This document shows, one piece after another, positions 1 through 8,220 of a DNA stretch of 24,000 nt. The DNA comes from an uncultured Planctomicrobium sp. (GTDB lineage Bacteria > Planctomycetota > Planctomycetia > Planctomycetales > Planctomycetaceae). Each line of letters begins with the position of its first letter. Position 1 is the stretch's first letter. The stretch lies in NCBI GenBank assembly GCA_938015865.1, contig CALLWY010000312.1, positions 1,784 to 25,783 of the forward strand, written 5' to 3'. Position numbers and translations under genes: made by a program. Under the pieces are notes generated by a model. The model did not search any database and was not told the origin of the DNA. It worked only from the letters and a program-made list of their open reading frames with translations.

Positions 1-1338
1 CCGGAAATTGGGGAATTGCTCGATCAACTCAATGACTCCGAGGCCTTGGGCGGCGACGACTCGATTCCCGCAGCCAATGTCCGTGACGCCCGGCGGAACT
101 ACGAACGTGCCCGCAAGCTCCCCAAACCACTCGTGGAAGAACTGTCCCGAGTGACCACGCTTTCTCAGCAGGCGTGGGTCGATGCGCGCAAGAAGGATCA
201 GTTTTCGTCGTTTCAGCCGTGGCTGGAGAAGGTGATTCAGCTAAAGCGGGAAGAGGCTGACGCGCTGGGGAGCCCCACCGGGCTCCGGTATGATGCGCTT
301 CTGGATGACTACGAACCCGGGGCAACAACGGCTGAAATTCAGGATGCGTTTTCTCCTCTGAGGACAGAGCTGGTCTCGCTGGTCTCCGCCATTCAGTCCT
401 CCGGGATCAAGCCCGATGTTTCCATTCTGGAGCGGACATACCCGGTCGAGGCACAGAAGGAACTGAGTCTGATGGGGGCCCGGGAGATCGGCTTCGACTT
501 TCAGGCAGGACGACTGGATATTGCAGCCCATCCGTTCTGTTCCGGAATTGGTCCCGGCGACTGCCGGATGACAACGCGATACAACGAACATCATTTTTCA
601 GGTTCGTTCTTCGGAACGCTGCACGAGTCGGGGCATGGAATCTACGAACAGGGGCTGGTGGCCGAGCAGTTTGGTCTGGCGTGCGGAGAGGCCTGTTCGC
701 TCGGGATTCATGAGTCCCAGTCGCGGATGTGGGAGAATCTCGTTGGCCGGAGTCGGGCGTTCTGGGAATATTTTTATCCGCGAACGCAGGGAATGTTCCC
801 CGAGGCTCTCGGTTCGGTCCCGCTGGAGCAGTTCTATCAGGTGATCAATGATGTCCGCCCGAGCTGGATTCGCGTTGAAGCGGATGAAGTGACCTACAAC
901 CTGCACATCATGCTCCGCTTTGAACTCGAACAGGCGATGATTGGCGGAGACATCGCCGTTGGGGATCTCCCGGGGGCCTGGAACGAGCTGTTCTCAAAGT
1001 ACTTTGGAATGACACCCCCCAGCGATGCACTGGGATGTCTGCAGGATGTCCACTGGAGCGCGGGACTCGTCGGCTACTTCCCCACATACTCTCTTGGAAA
1101 CATGTACGCGAGCCAGTTCTTCGAAAAAGCCGCCAGCGACCTCGGAGACCTGTCAGCAATGTTTCGAAAAGGAGAGTTTGCTCCACTGAAGGAATGGCTC
1201 CGCGCCAACATTCATGTCCATGGCAAGCGTTACCCTGCCACCGAACTCGTTCAGCGCGTGACCGGACGGCCGCTGTCGTCCATCCCGCTTCTGAATCATT
1301 TGAAGAGCAAGTTCGGCCCGCTCTATCAGCTCAAATGA
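1..1338 (+). CDS. Peptidase family M32 (carboxypeptidase Taq-type) metallocarboxypeptidase, 5'-truncated by the window edge
   Basis: Frame 1 is open from nt 1; the track's M at 16 is an in-frame TTG. The protein has the zinc site HESGHGIYEQG (HEXXH) plus DIAAHPF, IHESQSRMWEN and IRVEADEVTYNLHIMLRFELE. These are the blocks I recognise as M32 signatures. Confidence 0.9.
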   Translation, partial: PEIGELLDQLNDSEALGGDDSIPAANVRDARRNYERARKLPKPLVEELSRVTTLSQQAWVDARKKDQFSSFQPWLEKVIQLKREEADALGSPTGLRYDALLDDYEPGATTAEIQDAFSPLRTELVSLVSAIQSSGIKPDVSILERTYPVEAQKELSLMGAREIGFDFQAGRLDIAAHPFCSGIGPGDCRMTTRYNEHHFSGSFFGTLHESGHGIYEQGLVAEQFGLACGEACSLGIHESQSRMWENLVGRSRAFWEYFYPRTQGMFPEALGSVPLEQFYQVINDVRPSWIRVEADEVTYNLHIMLRFELEQAMIGGDIAVGDLPGAWNELFSKYFGMTPPSDALGCLQDVHWSAGLVGYFPTYSLGNMYASQFFEKAASDLGDLSAMFRKGEFAPLKEWLRANIHVHGKRYPATELVQRVTGRPLSSIPLLNHLKSKFGPLYQLK

Positions 1339-1852
1339 CGCTGGGTTGCTTGGCACCTCTGAGAGGAGCCAATTCCGCACTGGGGAACGGTTCTCGATCG
1401 GGAGGAGAGAATTCAACGCAGAGGCGCGGAGACGGTGAGGCGCAAAGGGTGGAATGAACGACTTCTTTTCGATCGCTTCTCACAATCGGATGGCATTCTA
1501 TTGGTGATCAAAAGTGTGATGGTGAAAAAAGAGACCGCGACGCGCCTCTGAGGCCGAGGCGTGTCTGTCTTCGTCTCTGACTCATTCTCTGTCCGTCGGC
1601 ACACGTTCTGTGGCTCCGTCTGGTCTCTTCCGACGTTGAGCCCCGCGAACCGGCTGTTCCCTTCGCGTCCCGGTTCCACGACATGGGGTGGTCGCTGAGA
1701 GGTGGCATCCAATTCTGTTGTGGTCAGTCCTCAGTGGTGACGACATCGACTTGAGAATCGTGTTGCGCGCGAACCGAAAAACTTCCCCGAAATCCGTCAA
1801 AATCTGCTCAAACGGATTGACCCCGACATTTGTCCGGGTAATATCTCGATCC

Positions 1853-1868
1853 GTGGGAAACACGCCCA
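1853..1868. promoter_or_regulatory. Operator-like site A, GTGGGAAACACGCCCA (TGGG-N7-CCCA)
   Basis: Internal inverted repeat TGGG(1854-1857)/CCCA(1865-1868). It matches site B at 13 of 16 positions and lies about 90-105 nt upstream of the mraZ ATG. Confidence 0.4.
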
Positions 1869-1894
1869 AAACTGCTCTTTGAAAACGTTTGAAT

Positions 1895-1910
1895 GTGGGA
1901 AATGCACCCA
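1895..1910. promoter_or_regulatory. Operator-like site B, GTGGGAAATGCACCCA (TGGG-N7-CCCA)
   Basis: Second copy of the same motif, 42 bp (about four helical turns) downstream of site A and 47 nt upstream of the mraZ ATG at 1957. Confidence 0.4.
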
Positions 1911-1956
1911 GTAGAATTGTTGCATTGAACTGAGCCCTGATCGTCCGGAAAGGTCC

Positions 1957-2445
1957 ATGCCCGAAGCACCACAATCATTTCTGACTGGTGAATTTCGGCG
2001 ATCTCTGGATGATCGATTTCGACTGACTCTCCCCAATGAATTTGCTCTTGGGGTTACGGACGATGCCGGTGAGACCATCCTCGCGAAGGAACGGTACGGA
2101 TGTCTCAGCCTGTGGAAAGCAGGCGACTGGCGTCAGCGGATGAACGACGGTGTTTCGTTGATCCGCGAAAAGATCCGCGCCGGACGTATGGAACAGAGAT
2201 GGACCGACGTCCAACGGCTCGGCCGGCTTCTTTCGACCCGATCTGTTGAGGTCAGTCTGGCAAATCGCTCTCGCCTGTTGATTCCCGAGGGATTCCGGGA
2301 ATTTCTGGATGTGGAGAAGGGGGGGGACGTGATGGTTGTCGGCGCGGTGATTTGCGTCGAGATCTGGAACCCCAAAGCCTGGATTGAGCACCTGAAAGCA
2401 GAAATGCCGGAGTTCGGCGAACTCTTCCGGCAGCTTTCAGGTTGA
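1957..2445 (+). CDS. mraZ: Transcriptional regulator MraZ (two SpoVT/AbrB-like halves)
   Basis: The N-terminal half [22 protein letters not shown] and the second half [44 protein letters not shown] fit the duplicated MraZ pattern (F-x-G...D-x-x-x-R-x-x-x-P; ...IP...R...L......G....EIW). The size of 162 aa is typical. Confidence 0.85.
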   Translation: MPEAPQSFLTGEFRRSLDDRFRLTLPNEFALGVTDDAGETILAKERYGCLSLWKAGDWRQRMNDGVSLIREKIRAGRMEQRWTDVQRLGRLLSTRSVEVSLANRSRLLIPEGFREFLDVEKGGDVMVVGAVICVEIWNPKAWIEHLKAEMPEFGELFRQLSG

Positions 2446-2622
2446 TTCCAGAATGTCAGCAACACTCTTTCTGTCACATGATGTCATGTCGCATCTGCGA
2501 CCAGGACAAGGAATGTCCTCATCATCCTGCAATCCCACAACCGGGTTCCTGCATGCCCGGCGAACCGCGAGAAAGTCACTCAACACTCCCGAGCCCCACA
2601 CTCGGTCAACCAGGGATGGATA

Positions 2623-2671
2623 CAGGCATGGATGCCACTTTCTTTACGCTCGCCGGGCATGCCTGTTTTTT
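2623..2671 (+). terminator. Possible intrinsic terminator downstream of mraZ
   Basis: CAGGCATG (2623-2630) pairs with CATGCCTG (2658-2665) and is followed directly by TTTTTT (2666-2671). The 27-nt loop is large for a terminator, so the call is weak. Confidence 0.3.
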
Positions 2672-2695
2672 GTAAGAGCGTCATCTGTTGGCGTA

Positions 2696-4609
2696 TCAGC
2701 GAAAGGACCGATTCGGTTCTCCATTCAGCCTATTGTCTGTCCAGCGTGTTGCAGGAAGACCGGTACGATTCTCTTTCAGGATGGTCAGCCCATGCTGGAG
2801 AATCGCGGCAACATACGGGCCGGCGACACTCCCTCCAAACTGCTCCGCTCCTGTTGGTTCATCGACACTCACGAGGACCAGTAGCTGAGGATCGTGGGCG
2901 GGGGCTCCTCCTACAAAAGAACTCATATTGCGAGTGGATGAGTACCCTTTTCCGTCTGTAGCGAGTTTCTGTGCCGTTCCCGTTTTCCCGAAGACCTCCA
3001 CATTCGAGAGGCTGGCACGTCGGGCGGTCCCTCTACGGACGACATCGACCAGCGGACCACGAATCAGCCAGTCTGAAGTCTCCGCACTCACCACCTGTGA
3101 GCGCATCATCGAAACAGAGAACCTGCTATGAGAATCACTTGCCAGTACCAGATGCGGAGTGATTCGAAGTCCATGATTGGCCAGCGTGGCATGTGCGGTG
3201 ATCACCTGCAGAGGCGTCGCTGCAATTTCCTGTCCCATGGGAATGGAGCCGGTGGAATAGCTGTTCCATCGTGACAGGGGATGAAGAATCCCCGATAGTT
3301 CTCCCGGAAGTTCAATTCCCGTCTTTCGACCAAATCCGAACTCCTTGGCCATGGCGAACAGTTCTTCATTCCCAAGCCGCTCGCCAATCTTGGCCATGCC
3401 GATATTGCTCGATTTCACAAGGACATCCGTCAGCGACAGCAGTCCATACGGGTGGTGGTCGTGCAGCACACGACGCCCCATCCGATAGGCTCCCTCTTCA
3501 CAGTGGAAGGAGTCGTTCCGGTCAATGACTCCCCGATCAAGGCCCCAGGCAACAACCATCGGTTTGAATGTCGAACCGGGTTCAAACACGGAGGAAATTG
3601 CCATGTTCTTCCATGCCTCCGGGGACGCCTTTTCGGGATGATTAGGATCGAATGCCGGTCGGCTGGCCATAGCAAGAACTTCGCCCGTCTGTGGTTGTAT
3701 GACGATCGCGCACGCACTAATAGGCTGATGCTGCTTCATGAGTTCGTCCAACTCGTGTTCCACGTGCAGTTGCAGCAGCACATCAATCGTCAGTGTGATT
3801 GTTTCACCATCGACTGGCGGTTGTGTCACCTCTTCAAGAACATCCAGCACGTACCCCCGTGCATCTCGAACGAACCTGCGGACCCCATCGTTCCCCGTAA
3901 TCCGCTCGTGCAGTGCCTCTTCGATTCCGCCTCTTCCGAGACCGTCGATGTCGCGAAAGCCCAGAATATGTGCAGCCAGTGGTCCCTGCGGGTAGTGTCG
4001 CTGAAATTCCCGTCGAAACCCGTAGACTCGTTCCGGAAGATTCAGATCACGAACAGCCTGCGCCTGATCGTCTGACAGCCTCCGCTTGATCCAGAGAAAC
4101 TGCTTTTTGGCATGACGTTGAAGAAGATTCAGGAGCTCGTCCTGATCAAGTTGCAGTGCTTTGGCCAGTTGTGAACTGATCTTCTCGTGGTCTTCGATTC
4201 GAGCCGGACAGACATACAGGCTCGGGACAGATATTGTTGTTGCGAGAAGTCGGCCGTGGCGATCGAGGATGTCGCCGGGCCGAGCCAGAATCGGTTCTTC
4301 ACTGACCTGCTGGCGCAATGCCCTCCGCGCGTATTGCTCATGACAGATCGCTTGTAGATAAACAAAGCGCAGGGCCAGTGCGCTCGCTGCGATTCCTAAT
4401 GCGACATGGACGAGTCGTTCCCGTTGATCACTGTTCACAGCGCCAATTCGGCGGGCGGGACGCTCTGGTGGAAGTGGTTGATACCACCGGTGCAGCAGTG
4501 GAATAGTGATCTTGGGGAATTGAGCCGGTGGGAGGTTGATCCAACGGGAAAGGACGGGGCGCAGCAACGCCAGAAGCAGTGATCGAAGGAATTTCCACAC
4601 GGCGATCAT
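2696..4609 (-). CDS. ftsI: Class B penicillin-binding protein / peptidoglycan D,D-transpeptidase (FtsI/PBP2 type)
   Basis: 637 aa with an N-terminal membrane anchor (LVHVALGIAASALALRFVYL) and a dimerisation region. The three transpeptidase boxes are present: GSTFKP (SxxK), KSSN (SxN) and GKTGTA (KTG). It lies downstream of rsmH and an ftsL-like gene. Confidence 0.93.
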   Translation of the reverse strand: MIAVWKFLRSLLLALLRPVLSRWINLPPAQFPKITIPLLHRWYQPLPPERPARRIGAVNSDQRERLVHVALGIAASALALRFVYLQAICHEQYARRALRQQVSEEPILARPGDILDRHGRLLATTISVPSLYVCPARIEDHEKISSQLAKALQLDQDELLNLLQRHAKKQFLWIKRRLSDDQAQAVRDLNLPERVYGFRREFQRHYPQGPLAAHILGFRDIDGLGRGGIEEALHERITGNDGVRRFVRDARGYVLDVLEEVTQPPVDGETITLTIDVLLQLHVEHELDELMKQHQPISACAIVIQPQTGEVLAMASRPAFDPNHPEKASPEAWKNMAISSVFEPGSTFKPMVVAWGLDRGVIDRNDSFHCEEGAYRMGRRVLHDHHPYGLLSLTDVLVKSSNIGMAKIGERLGNEELFAMAKEFGFGRKTGIELPGELSGILHPLSRWNSYSTGSIPMGQEIAATPLQVITAHATLANHGLRITPHLVLASDSHSRFSVSMMRSQVVSAETSDWLIRGPLVDVVRRGTARRASLSNVEVFGKTGTAQKLATDGKGYSSTRNMSSFVGGAPAHDPQLLVLVSVDEPTGAEQFGGSVAGPYVAAILQHGLTILKENRTGLPATRWTDNRLNGEPNRSFR

Positions 4610-4722
4610 TTCAGTCTGCCTGGATTCATTCCAACACTGGCAGGAGCGGGCTGGACTGTTTTACGGAAGTCCCAGGAATCAGCTCAATTCTTCGTTCCAA
4701 GTTGACCATCAGTCAGGGCTCG

Positions 4723-4953
4723 TCAATTCCTGCTGGTCTGTTCGCGCTCATCCCATTCCTCCGCGAGTCGTAATGGGGACCCGAGGCGCTGGGTCTCCAG
4801 AAACAACCGGCTTCGCTGTTCCCGCAAGATCTCCAGCTGGTAGTGCTGAAGCGAGATCTTCCGTTTGAGGGAGAGATTCTGCTTCTCGATGGAGATGACA
4901 GTCAGCCCGATTGCTGTCGTCAGACCAATGGCAGCAGCAAATCTGAGGAACAT
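4723..4953 (-). CDS. FtsL-like small bitopic cell-division protein (tentative)
   Basis: 76 aa with one hydrophobic helix (FAAAIGLTTAIGLTVISI) followed by a heptad-like charged helix (EKQNLSLKRKISLQHYQLEILREQRSRLFLETQRL). It occupies the canonical ftsL position, 113 nt upstream of ftsI on the same strand. The call rests on architecture and position, not on sequence identity. Confidence 0.55.
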   Translation of the reverse strand: MFLRFAAAIGLTTAIGLTVISIEKQNLSLKRKISLQHYQLEILREQRSRLFLETQRLGSPLRLAEEWDEREQTSRN

Positions 4954-5162
4954 GAACGGACTTCCGAACCCCTACAATTATCGTGATGTGAATCATTTCC
5001 CTTGCCGGAAAATTCAAAATCGCCGCGTAAACTGATACGCGGCGATCCGTCGAGGGCAATGGAGGTGGCTCAGCGGAAGGGACTGGCTAATCAACTCAAC
5101 CGTTCTGATGGCTGAGTTCGACAGTGCCCCGCAATCCGCTGCGATTCAATCCGATGAAAGAT

Positions 5163-6875
5163 CTATCGGACATCGGTCTCTGATGGAGCCAGTGAGACCT
5201 GGCTGGCGTCCGCAGGAAGTTTCAGAACCATACCAATTTTGAGGGGTTGACCGTCTGTCAGTTTGTCACGGTTCATTGCCTGAATCTGGACCCAGCGAGA
5301 CGACCGTCCCAGGTAGGCCTGGGCGATGTCAGACAGCGTGTCTCCTTTGCCGACGCGATAACAAGGTTGACCGTTGGAATCGACGAAGAATCCCGGAGGG
5401 GCTGTCTCGGCAGGATCTCGGGGGCCTCCTCCCGTCAGCTGGGGATATCGCTGATGCAGGACTTCGACATCGGGAACAAGGACGTACATCCCGGGCTTCA
5501 TCTTCTCTGGGGATGGGATGCGATGCTTGTTGTACTCCGCAAGCGCTGAGAAGAAGCGGGCGGAGCTATAGAACCGTCGGGAGATGGTCCAATAGTTGTC
5601 TCCGGGTTGGACCTGATAGATTTCATCCGGTCGAATTTCCCGCTCGAGAACTGGAGCCTGCGTCGCCGGTGTGGTTCCAATGGAAGCCGACGCAGGCTGA
5701 CGCGGAGCAAACCCAGCGGAAGGAACAGGATCATTCACAATGAGAGGAGCTGACTGCTGCGTCCCCATGAATGGGTCCTGACCAGAAGGGGTCGATGGAG
5801 AAGCGGGAGGTGATGCCGGACGTTCCACACGGACCGGAGTCGGGGCTGGCTCGTTCTTCATCGGCAAGGCGACGTCATCCAGCGACGGGAGTCCCTGCAA
5901 AGGAGCCTGCGCAGGTATCTGGGACGGTTCGGGCAGCGTCTGCGGATTCGCAATAGGGGTCAGGTTGCCGAGCTGCGGTTCAGAAATTCCCATTGGTGGA
6001 GTCGCACGATTCGTAATGGGGGCTGGAGTGGGCTGAATGTTCCCCACTTCAGGAAGCTCCGCCTGCATCTCAAATTGAGGAAGAGACCGCTGCTCAGGTA
6101 CCTCTCCCGCTACGGGGACGAAACCGGAATCCGCTCCGACAGCCGTCGGACGATAGGCGGGAGTCGGTTCTGGAGTGGATGGGACCTGAAGTCCTCCAAA
6201 GCTAAGAGGCTCCGCGAAGTCTTCCGCTGTGTCTCCGTCCGTGGCTGAGGTTTGCTGGATTCGCTGGAATCGTTTTCCTTTCGCAGCGGTGGCAGCATCG
6301 CTTTCGCCTCGATCCGAGGTGGCAAAATCCAGATGAGCCGGAGTCAGGCTTGGATCACGGATCGGACGTGCCTGTCCAGCGGGGAGAGTCATCTCGCGCG
6401 GAGGAACTGATGCGGACTTTTGTTTCGAGACTTGATTCTCGGCAGGAAGTGTGCGCGGGGCCATCGTCGCTGGGCGGGAAGGCTCTCCTGCCGGCATGCT
6501 GAATGGATCCAGCAGGGCGTCTTCGCTTTGTTCAGGTGCCGAGGCAGCCAGTTCGACGGGGGCGCGGGACGATTCGGAACGAGTGGCGCCGCTTTGTGAC
6601 CAGAGCGGTGGGACCGAACTTCTCTGTGCCGGAGTCTGCACTGAAGGCACTTTGGGAGTAGATGTTTTCGGTTCGGGGCTTTGTCCCAGAACGGTTCCTG
6701 TCAGTTCATGCTTTTCCCAGCGAGTCCAGCTTCGATCCTCTTTGGAGAACCGTTGATGGACCACGATCCCCATCACAGCCACAAGGGAGACGATGCCGGC
6801 GATTCCCCAGGCGGGCGCAATGCGCTGAGGGACCGAAGCGGGCTGGTGGTTCATCCACGGATCTGAACTGTTCAT
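5163..6875 (-). CDS. Membrane-anchored, Pro-rich protein with two C-terminal LysM peptidoglycan-binding domains
   Basis: One TM helix (APAWGIAGIVSLVAVMGIVV) is followed by a low-complexity linker of about 350 aa rich in Pro, Ser, Ala and Thr. Two LysM-like repeats follow: YQVQPGDNYWTISRRFY...KPGMYVLVP and YRVGKGDTLSDIAQAYLG...PLKIGMVLKLP. The start is set at ATG 6875 (MNSSDPW...), 5 nt after the rsmH stop. The track's longer ORF from 6995 would overlap rsmH by 115 nt. Confidence 0.82.
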   Translation of the reverse strand: MNSSDPWMNHQPASVPQRIAPAWGIAGIVSLVAVMGIVVHQRFSKEDRSWTRWEKHELTGTVLGQSPEPKTSTPKVPSVQTPAQRSSVPPLWSQSGATRSESSRAPVELAASAPEQSEDALLDPFSMPAGEPSRPATMAPRTLPAENQVSKQKSASVPPREMTLPAGQARPIRDPSLTPAHLDFATSDRGESDAATAAKGKRFQRIQQTSATDGDTAEDFAEPLSFGGLQVPSTPEPTPAYRPTAVGADSGFVPVAGEVPEQRSLPQFEMQAELPEVGNIQPTPAPITNRATPPMGISEPQLGNLTPIANPQTLPEPSQIPAQAPLQGLPSLDDVALPMKNEPAPTPVRVERPASPPASPSTPSGQDPFMGTQQSAPLIVNDPVPSAGFAPRQPASASIGTTPATQAPVLEREIRPDEIYQVQPGDNYWTISRRFYSSARFFSALAEYNKHRIPSPEKMKPGMYVLVPDVEVLHQRYPQLTGGGPRDPAETAPPGFFVDSNGQPCYRVGKGDTLSDIAQAYLGRSSRWVQIQAMNRDKLTDGQPLKIGMVLKLPADASQVSLAPSETDVR

Positions 6876-6880
6876 GTTGT

Positions 6881-7777
6881 TCAGGAGGTTGGCATCTTCC
6901 GGACCGCGACTCGTAGCTTGGCGGAACGCGAACGAGGATTCCAGCGGACTTCCGAAGGAGTCGCGACGATTGGTTTGCGGGTGAGAGTGTCCCATAGTGT
7001 CGCCTCGCGGAACGCCTGTTTGACCAGGCGGTCTTCCAGAGAATGAAAGGTGATGATGAGCGCTCTGCCTCCCGGTCGAAGTCGGGTGGGCAGAACGTCG
7101 TTGAGGAAGGTTTCCAGTTGATCCAGTTCCCGATTCACTGCGATGCGCAGCGCCTGGAAAATACGTGTTGCGGGATGTGATTTCTGATGGCTGACCGGAA
7201 TCAGCCGTTCGATCAATTGTTTCAGTTCATCCGCCGTCCGGATCGGTTGTCGTCGCTTGCGGGCAGCGACGATTTCCTGAGCCAGACGAGCCGATTCAGT
7301 TTCTTCGCCATACTCCCGAAAAATTCGCTCGAGTTCGGACTCTTCCAGAGTCTGCAACAATTCGGCTGCGGGTTTACCTCGGGAGACATCAAATCGCATG
7401 TCCAGTGGCCCGGTGGTGTCGAATCCGAAGCCCCGATCGGGATCGGCGAGTTGATCGGATGACAATCCAAGATCCAGCAGGACCCGATCAACCTGATCGA
7501 TTCCCATTTCATCAAGGATTTCACCCAGTTGTGCATAACTCGTCTTCCGCAGCGTGACCTGTGGACCAGCGACGACCTGAGCAGCCCGGGCGAGCATGCT
7601 CGTGTCTCGATCGAGTCCAATCAGGCGACTACTCGGGTCCATCCGTTGCAGGATTTTTTGACTGTGTCCGCCCGCTCCGATCGTTCCATCCACGATCGTC
7701 AGGCCCGGATGCAGATCTAACTGCTCCAGGACCTCATGTAACAAGACGGGAACATGAACCGTCCGTTCAGACGACAT
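6881..7777 (-). CDS. rsmH: 16S rRNA (cytosine1402-N4)-methyltransferase RsmH (MraW)
   Basis: HVPVLLHEVLEQL, VDGTIGAGGHS (SAM-binding motif), DLGLSSDQLAD and TFHSLEDRLVK are the characteristic RsmH blocks. The size of 298 aa fits. Confidence 0.93.
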   Translation of the reverse strand: MSSERTVHVPVLLHEVLEQLDLHPGLTIVDGTIGAGGHSQKILQRMDPSSRLIGLDRDTSMLARAAQVVAGPQVTLRKTSYAQLGEILDEMGIDQVDRVLLDLGLSSDQLADPDRGFGFDTTGPLDMRFDVSRGKPAAELLQTLEESELERIFREYGEETESARLAQEIVAARKRRQPIRTADELKQLIERLIPVSHQKSHPATRIFQALRIAVNRELDQLETFLNDVLPTRLRPGGRALIITFHSLEDRLVKQAFREATLWDTLTRKPIVATPSEVRWNPRSRSAKLRVAVRKMPTS

Positions 7778-8220
7778 AGGGAAACATCCAGAGACAGGCT
7801 GAGAACGCGACCCGTGACCGGGGCGATCATTCGTTGAGGAAGGTGTGTGTTAACGAAAAAGGACAGGAGGGGATGTTGTGCGGGTTTGGAAGTTTGAGTG
7901 AATGGTGGGGTTGTAGTGAGGATGGGAAATGTGTCGGAGGAGGGGCGACACGATTGGAATTGTTGAATTGACAGTCGAACGGTCAGAAACCGGCCCAGTC
8001 GACCGCATGGAAGGGAAACTTGAGTGTTTTTTATGACACCGGCGATTTTTCCGGAAGACCAGTTTTCGGCATCTTCCGCCGGGTTCTTTTCGATGTGCCC
8101 GGAAGAGGGGGGTGAAGTCCGGTTGCAGCAACGAATCTCGATGGAACATGATGTTTTACGCACGATGAGCAATCAGCTGTCAGGATCAATGCGATTCGAT
8201 TTTGCACTTCGAGGGTGAAC

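Noticed and set aside
1582-1974. 130-aa minus-strand ORF divergent from and overlapping the mraZ start
   Set aside because: Its apparently repeated peptide (GAFPTF / GVFPTD) is just the translation of the two TGGGAAA operator-like DNA repeats. The rest is Arg-rich with no motifs, and the ORF overlaps the mraZ initiation region.
3452-4075. 207-aa plus-strand ORF inside ftsI
   Set aside because: The minus-strand frame contains the SxxK, SxN and KTG penicillin-binding motifs across this region, so this is an antisense shadow.
6876-6995. Longer start for the LysM protein (MGHSHPQ...)
   Set aside because: This start would overlap the rsmH coding end by 115 nt. ATG 6875 lies 5 nt after the rsmH stop and still precedes the TM helix. 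I keep it as a noted alternative because I cannot exclude it from sequence alone.
7778-8214. GGGAAA(C/T) words upstream of rsmH as additional MraZ sites
   Set aside because: They share only 6-8 nt with the mraZ-proximal 16-mers and lack the CCCA arm. A hexamer like this is expected about a dozen times in 24 kb by chance.
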